Source: Bacteroidales bacterium
GTDB taxonomy: Bacteria > Bacteroidota > Bacteroidia > Bacteroidales > UBA4181
NCBI GenBank assembly: GCA_031259205.1
Contig: JAIRLS010000014.1
Span: forward strand, 1 to 39,989
Length of the DNA stretch: 39,989 bases
Direction: 5' to 3'
A model generated the notes under the pieces. It did not search any database, had not been told where the DNA came from, and saw only the letters and a program-made list of their open reading frames with translations. A program made the translations under genes and the position numbers. Shown piece after piece: positions 35,999 to 39,989 of this stretch. The first letter of the stretch is position 1, and each line of letters opens with the position of its first letter.

Positions 35999-36968
35999 TT
36001 AAAGTATGATTTAAAGTGTTGAAACTTTCAAGTTCCAATTTTGTTTTAAAATAACGGATGGTTTTTTTCAATCCTTCTTCCAGAGGTACTGTCGGCGTCC
36101 ATCCCAGTTCTTTTTCTGCCAGGGTAATATCGGGCTTGCGTTGAACAGGATCGTCCTGCGGTAAGGGGAGGTATGTGAGTTTCGATTTCGATCCTGTGAG
36201 CCGAATCACCGTTTCCGCCAGTTGTTGGATGGTAAATTCGTCCGGGTTGCCTACGTTCACGGGGCCTGTGAACGAGTCGGGCGTATTCATCAGCCGGATC
36301 ATTCCGTCCAGCAGGTCGTCCACATACTGGAAACTGCGCGTTTGGGAACCGTCGCCATAAATGGTGATATCCTTTCCCTGCAATGCCTGCACGATAAAAT
36401 TGGACACTACGCGACCGTCGTTAGGGTGCATCTTGGGGCCATAGGTATTGAAAATACGGATGATTTTAATGCGGACGCCATTTTGCCGGTGATAATTCAT
36501 GAATAGCGATTCGGCGCAACGCTTTCCTTCGTCGTAACAGGAACGGACGCCTGTCGGATTGACGTATCCCCAGTAAGATTCCGGTTGCGGATGAATGCGG
36601 GGGTCGCCGTACACCTCGCTGGTGGAAGCCTGCAACACTTTGGCATGTGTCCGTTTGGCCAGTCCAAGCATGTTGATGGCTCCCATCACCGATGTTTTGA
36701 TGGTTTTGATACCATTGTACTGGTAATGTACCGGAGATGCCGGACATGCCAGATTGTATATTTCATCCACTTCGGCATAAAAGGGCGACACCACGTCGTG
36801 GCGCACCAGTTCGAAGCGGGGATTTCCCATCAGGTGTATGATATTTTCTTTCGAACCGGTAAAAAAATTGTCCACACATATCACTTCATTACCTTCCCGC
36901 AACAACTTCTCACACAAATGTGATCCGATAAATCCCGCTCCTCCTGTGATTAAAATTCTTTTCATCAT
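35991..36968 (-). CDS. NAD-dependent epimerase/dehydratase, best fit UDP-glucuronate decarboxylase (UDP-xylose synthase)
   Basis: 325 aa. Rossmann motif [12 protein letters not shown]. Also [12 protein letters not shown], YxxxK (YDEGKRCAE), [10 protein letters not shown] and [15 protein letters not shown]. The stop overlaps the ribBA start by 8 nt. Confidence 0.8.
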   Translation of the reverse strand: MMKRILITGGAGFIGSHLCEKLLREGNEVICVDNFFTGSKENIIHLMGNPRFELVRHDVVSPFYAEVDEIYNLACPASPVHYQYNGIKTIKTSVMGAINMLGLAKRTHAKVLQASTSEVYGDPRIHPQPESYWGYVNPTGVRSCYDEGKRCAESLFMNYHRQNGVRIKIIRIFNTYGPKMHPNDGRVVSNFIVQALQGKDITIYGDGSQTRSFQYVDDLLDGMIRLMNTPDSFTGPVNVGNPDEFTIQQLAETVIRLTGSKSKLTYLPLPQDDPVQRKPDITLAEKELGWTPTVPLEEGLKKTIRYFKTKLELESFNTLNHTLND

Positions 36969-36982
36969 TAAAAAAAAGAATG

Positions 36983-36990
36983 CAAAAGTA
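36983..36990 (-). promoter_or_regulatory. -7 promoter box TACTTTTG for the uxs-like/ribBA/fmt gene string
   Basis: Exact TAnnTTTG match on the minus strand, 15 nt upstream of ATG 36968. Confidence 0.45.
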
Positions 36991-37021
36991 AAGTTTTTTC
37001 GGCATTAAGCAAAGTAAATAT

Positions 37022-37029
37022 TACTTTTG
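37022..37029 (+). promoter_or_regulatory. -7 promoter box TACTTTTG for threonine aldolase
   Basis: Exact TAnnTTTG match 24 nt upstream of ATG 37053. It is divergent from the box at 36983..36990. Confidence 0.5.
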
Positions 37030-37052
37030 CGCTCTGATATAATTAGGAAACA

Positions 37053-38108
37053 ATGATACACTCAATTCAATTTAAAGGCTTTGCCAGCGATAACAATGCA
37101 GCTGTGCATCCTCGCATCATGAAGGCAATGGAAGAAGCTAACTACGGTCATTGTCTGTCATACGGCGATGATCCGTACACCGAACAGGCGGTACGGGTAT
37201 TCAAAGAGCAATTCGGGCAACGTTGCCAGGTCTTTTTCGTATTCAACGGGACAGGAGCCAACGTACTTTCTCTTCAGACGATGACACAGCCGTACCACGC
37301 GGTTATTTGCGCCGATTCCGCTCATATTCATCTGGACGAATGCGGAGCGCCTGTCCGGTTTACCGGATGCACGCTACTGTTCCAGTCCACCCGCGACGGC
37401 AAACTGACTATCCCGGATATTGCCCGTCATATAAAGGGAATAGGAGAAGAACATCATGCTCAGCCGCATGTCGTGTCTATTACCCAGTCGACAGAGTTGG
37501 GAACGGTTTATACGGTCGAAGAAATCAAGGCGATCGCCGAGTTCACCCACAGCCACCGGATGTTCCTTCACATGGACGGGGCGCGTGCGGTAAATGCGGC
37601 GGCTTTTCTGAACGTATCGCTTCGGGAGATGGTCGCCGATACGGGAGTAGATGCGCTTTCCTTCGGCGGTTCCAAAAACGGCATGATGTTCGGGGAAGCT
37701 ATCGTTATCCTGAATCCTGCGTTGGCGGAAAATTTCCGGTATATCCGGAAACAGGGAATGCAACTGTTCTCCAAAATGCGGTACATCGCCGTTCAGTTTA
37801 TCGAAAGTTTTAAAGACGACCTGTGGTTGCAAAATGCGCAAAATGCCAACTGTATGGCGCAGTTGTTGAGTCGGAAAGCACAGGATTGCGGCGTCAAGGT
37901 TACGCAGCCCACCCAGGCCAATACGGTTTTTGCCGTTTTGCCGCCCGAAGTCATCGGCGACCTTCAAAAACAGTCCTATTTTTTTATTTGGGACGAAGCC
38001 TGCAACGAAGTCCGGTGGGTGTGCTCGTGGGATACCACCGAAAACGACATCGATTGTTTTGTGGAACTGCTGAAACAAAGCATGATAAAACACGGGAAGA
38101 AACCGTAA
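37053..38108 (+). CDS. ltaE: Low-specificity L-threonine aldolase / beta-eliminating lyase family (PLP-dependent)
   Basis: 351 aa. Motifs are FASDNNAAVHPRIMKAMEEAN, FNGTGANV and the PLP-Lys context SFGGSKNGMMFGEA. Confidence 0.85.
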   Translation: MIHSIQFKGFASDNNAAVHPRIMKAMEEANYGHCLSYGDDPYTEQAVRVFKEQFGQRCQVFFVFNGTGANVLSLQTMTQPYHAVICADSAHIHLDECGAPVRFTGCTLLFQSTRDGKLTIPDIARHIKGIGEEHHAQPHVVSITQSTELGTVYTVEEIKAIAEFTHSHRMFLHMDGARAVNAAAFLNVSLREMVADTGVDALSFGGSKNGMMFGEAIVILNPALAENFRYIRKQGMQLFSKMRYIAVQFIESFKDDLWLQNAQNANCMAQLLSRKAQDCGVKVTQPTQANTVFAVLPPEVIGDLQKQSYFFIWDEACNEVRWVCSWDTTENDIDCFVELLKQSMIKHGKKP

Positions 38109-38137
38109 TCATATCAAAGAATTTAATACGTAAAAAC

Positions 38138-39181
38138 ATGTACCTGAAAGGCGACAGGGTAAAATTTTTAGACGCTGTGGGCGGAGGCGTTGTCACAAGG
38201 GTGGAACGCAATATCGTATATGTGGAAAACGAGGACGGCTTTGAAATCCCCGTGCAGGCTTCGAAATTGCTGAAAGTGGAACAACAGGCGTTTCGTCCGT
38301 TTGCCGTTTCGGAAGAACCGGCCCCGGCAACGCCGGTTGCGCCGCCACCTCCTGTCGATCCTGTCGGGCAGCGCCATATCGACTTGACCGGCGACGGGGA
38401 AAATCCGGATACCGCCGTAAACATACTGCTGGCCTGGACGGTCGATCGGAAGAAATCCGGTGAAGTCACCTATCGCGTATATCTCATCAACGATTGCAGT
38501 TACCATGTGATGTACGTCGCTGCCGCCGTCAAAGGCAACATCCACCACGGCATACAGGCAGGAACGCTTGAAAACGACAGCCTCGTCCGGCTGGCGAACA
38601 TTCAGGGAACAGAACTGAAAAATATCGACGGCTGGCAGTTGGATATCCTCTTTTTCAGACAGGGCGCTTTCCTTCCCCGGAAACCATTGAGTTACCGCTT
38701 GGCGATAGATGAATTTTATTTGACGGACGAAGCAAACTATCGGAATAACGAGTATATGGATGAGAAAGCGGTGATATACAACGTATCGGAAGAATTTCTC
38801 ACCATCGAAATTGAAAAAGCGGCGCAGAAAACGTCCAAAGAAGAAAGGAGGAAACAGCAAATAGACCTCCCGCTCAAGCCTCCCGCTAAAAAACCGGAAG
38901 ATCCCGAAGAAGTCGATCTGCATATCGAGCAACTGACTGACCATCCCGAACAGTTTTCGGCAGGAGAAATACTGGAAATGCAACTCACCCGATTCCGTAT
39001 TGCTCTGGAAGGCGCCCTGCTCAACAAACAGAAACGCATCATCTTTATCCACGGCGCAGGCAACGGACGATTACGGCTCGACATCCGCCGAACTCTGGAG
39101 CGGGAATATCCCCAACTTCGCTATCAGGACGCTTCTTTCAAAGAATACGGATTCGGAGCAACGTTGGTATCTAAAGCATAG
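38138..39181 (+). CDS. Smr-domain protein (DUF2027-like N-terminal part plus C-terminal Smr nuclease-like domain)
   Basis: ORF track 37823..39181. Start trimmed to ATG 38138 (MYLKGDRVKFLDAVGGGVVTRV), because the upstream part overlaps ltaE in another frame. It has a Pro-rich linker (EEPAPATPVAPPPPVDP). The C-terminal Smr pattern is EVDLHIEQL ... RIIFIHGAGNGRLRLDIRRTLE. Confidence 0.8.
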   Translation: MYLKGDRVKFLDAVGGGVVTRVERNIVYVENEDGFEIPVQASKLLKVEQQAFRPFAVSEEPAPATPVAPPPPVDPVGQRHIDLTGDGENPDTAVNILLAWTVDRKKSGEVTYRVYLINDCSYHVMYVAAAVKGNIHHGIQAGTLENDSLVRLANIQGTELKNIDGWQLDILFFRQGAFLPRKPLSYRLAIDEFYLTDEANYRNNEYMDEKAVIYNVSEEFLTIEIEKAAQKTSKEERRKQQIDLPLKPPAKKPEDPEEVDLHIEQLTDHPEQFSAGEILEMQLTRFRIALEGALLNKQKRIIFIHGAGNGRLRLDIRRTLEREYPQLRYQDASFKEYGFGATLVSKA

Positions 39182-39507
39182 GCAACGCATTGTCGATATT
39201 TAGGGATGCGAAATTAAGATATAATGGATAATCCCTTAAGCGAGTAAAAAGTAAGATTCGGAATTCCTGACTCGCAGAACATTTTATTGCTGATACATCG
39301 TTATTTATGAAAAATATGGCGCGAAACATTATTGTCGCAAAAATAATATCGGGAGCACAGCAATGTTGAATTTTATATCTAAAAATCAGGTTATTGCATT
39401 ATTTCCTGACTTCGTCATTGGGACACCCATTTTTTAAAACTCATAATAAGTTAATATTCAACGAATTTAGAATGATAGGAGTCCTGTTTGAGACGCCCAA
39501 TAATGAT

Positions 39508-39530
39508 GAATATTGCATTTTGCAATATTC
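39508..39530. promoter_or_regulatory. Perfect 10-bp inverted repeat GAATATTGCA-TTT-TGCAATATTC (candidate dimeric-regulator operator or hairpin)
   Basis: The arms at 39508..39517 and 39521..39530 are exact reverse complements. Further TATTGCA half-sites lie at about 39392 and 39533. Confidence 0.35.
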
Positions 39531-39782
39531 GCTATTGCAATGAGTTATAAATACTTCCCAAAAAGCGACGAAATCAGGAAAAAGCGCCTCCCAAATTGTT
39601 TAACGTTATTTATATATTATCTGGGACTACAAATAACTTTTTTTCGGCTACTACGATTTTATAATACGCTAATTACCACCTGAATGCAATTTCACCCGCC
39701 TTGGCGGACAACCCGGTTTTTTGCCGTTTTGAAGGGCATTTTTGCCAAGTTGGGTTAAGGTTGCCCTGACGTCGAACTCAGG

Positions 39783-39989
39783 TTACAGCGGTTTCATCGT
39801 ATAAATCCTGCTTTTGAAGGCGCCTTTCAGTGGCAAGCGTATCCCGATTTCCATCAGGTAAGCGCCACTGTACGGCTTGTCATAGCCCTCTATCCGGTAC
39901 TGAATGTCGGGCAGCAATCCCCGCAGTTTCACCAGAGGGGAACGTTGGGTTTCGGCAATCGCATTGTCGGGATATTCCGCTAAGCGATA
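39783..39989 (-). CDS. 3' end of an unidentified CDS that runs off the window
   Basis: A minus-strand frame is open for all 69 codons from the window edge to TAA 39783..39785 (...PDIQYRIEGYDKPYSGAYLMEIGIRLPLKGAFKSRIYTMKPL). It is visibly GC-richer than the adjacent 600-bp gap. It is missing from the ORF track because no long Met-initiated segment lies inside the window. Family not recognised. Confidence 0.5.
   Translation of the reverse strand, partial: YRLAEYPDNAIAETQRSPLVKLRGLLPDIQYRIEGYDKPYSGAYLMEIGIRLPLKGAFKSRIYTMKPL

Overview
This 40-kb window looks like a Bacteroidales (phylum Bacteroidota) chromosome. Supporting signs are two SusC/SusD pairs, many lipobox lipoproteins, exact TAnnTTTG -7 promoter boxes 10-70 nt upstream of genes, and the uppP-truB-queA gene order. 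About 75% of it is ordinary housekeeping: purL, rubrerythrin, a PPi-type phosphofructokinase, xseA, queA, truB, uppP, tRNA-Arg(CCG), tRNA-Asn(GTT), ileS, an ApgM-like mutase, fmt, ribBA, a UDP-glucuronate decarboxylase-like gene, threonine aldolase and an Smr-domain protein.

The accessory-looking part is 12.9-27.4 kb. A minus-strand operon (pentapeptide-repeat lipoprotein, C1 cysteine peptidase with a CARDB-like tail, M23 peptidase, MerR) faces a plus-strand susC-susD-susC-susD block that has no enzymes or regulator. The two are separated by an unusual ~900-bp spacer.

I found no recognisable defence island, CRISPR array, prophage or toxin system. The most unusual signals are non-coding:
- a repeat family (2 copies) with ~18-bp terminal inverted repeats, placed at the same 41-42 bp distance from the -7 box of two unrelated lipoprotein genes;
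- an (AG)16.5 microsatellite, a (CG)5 palindrome and strong hairpins upstream of susC;
- a 600-bp gene-free gap between convergent genes that holds a perfect 10+3+10 palindrome;
- a decayed IS transposase stub in an 800-bp gap.

Limits: all functional calls come from motif recognition in the supplied translations, with no database search. Coordinates of hand-counted motifs may be off by 1-2 nt. GC content was not computed.
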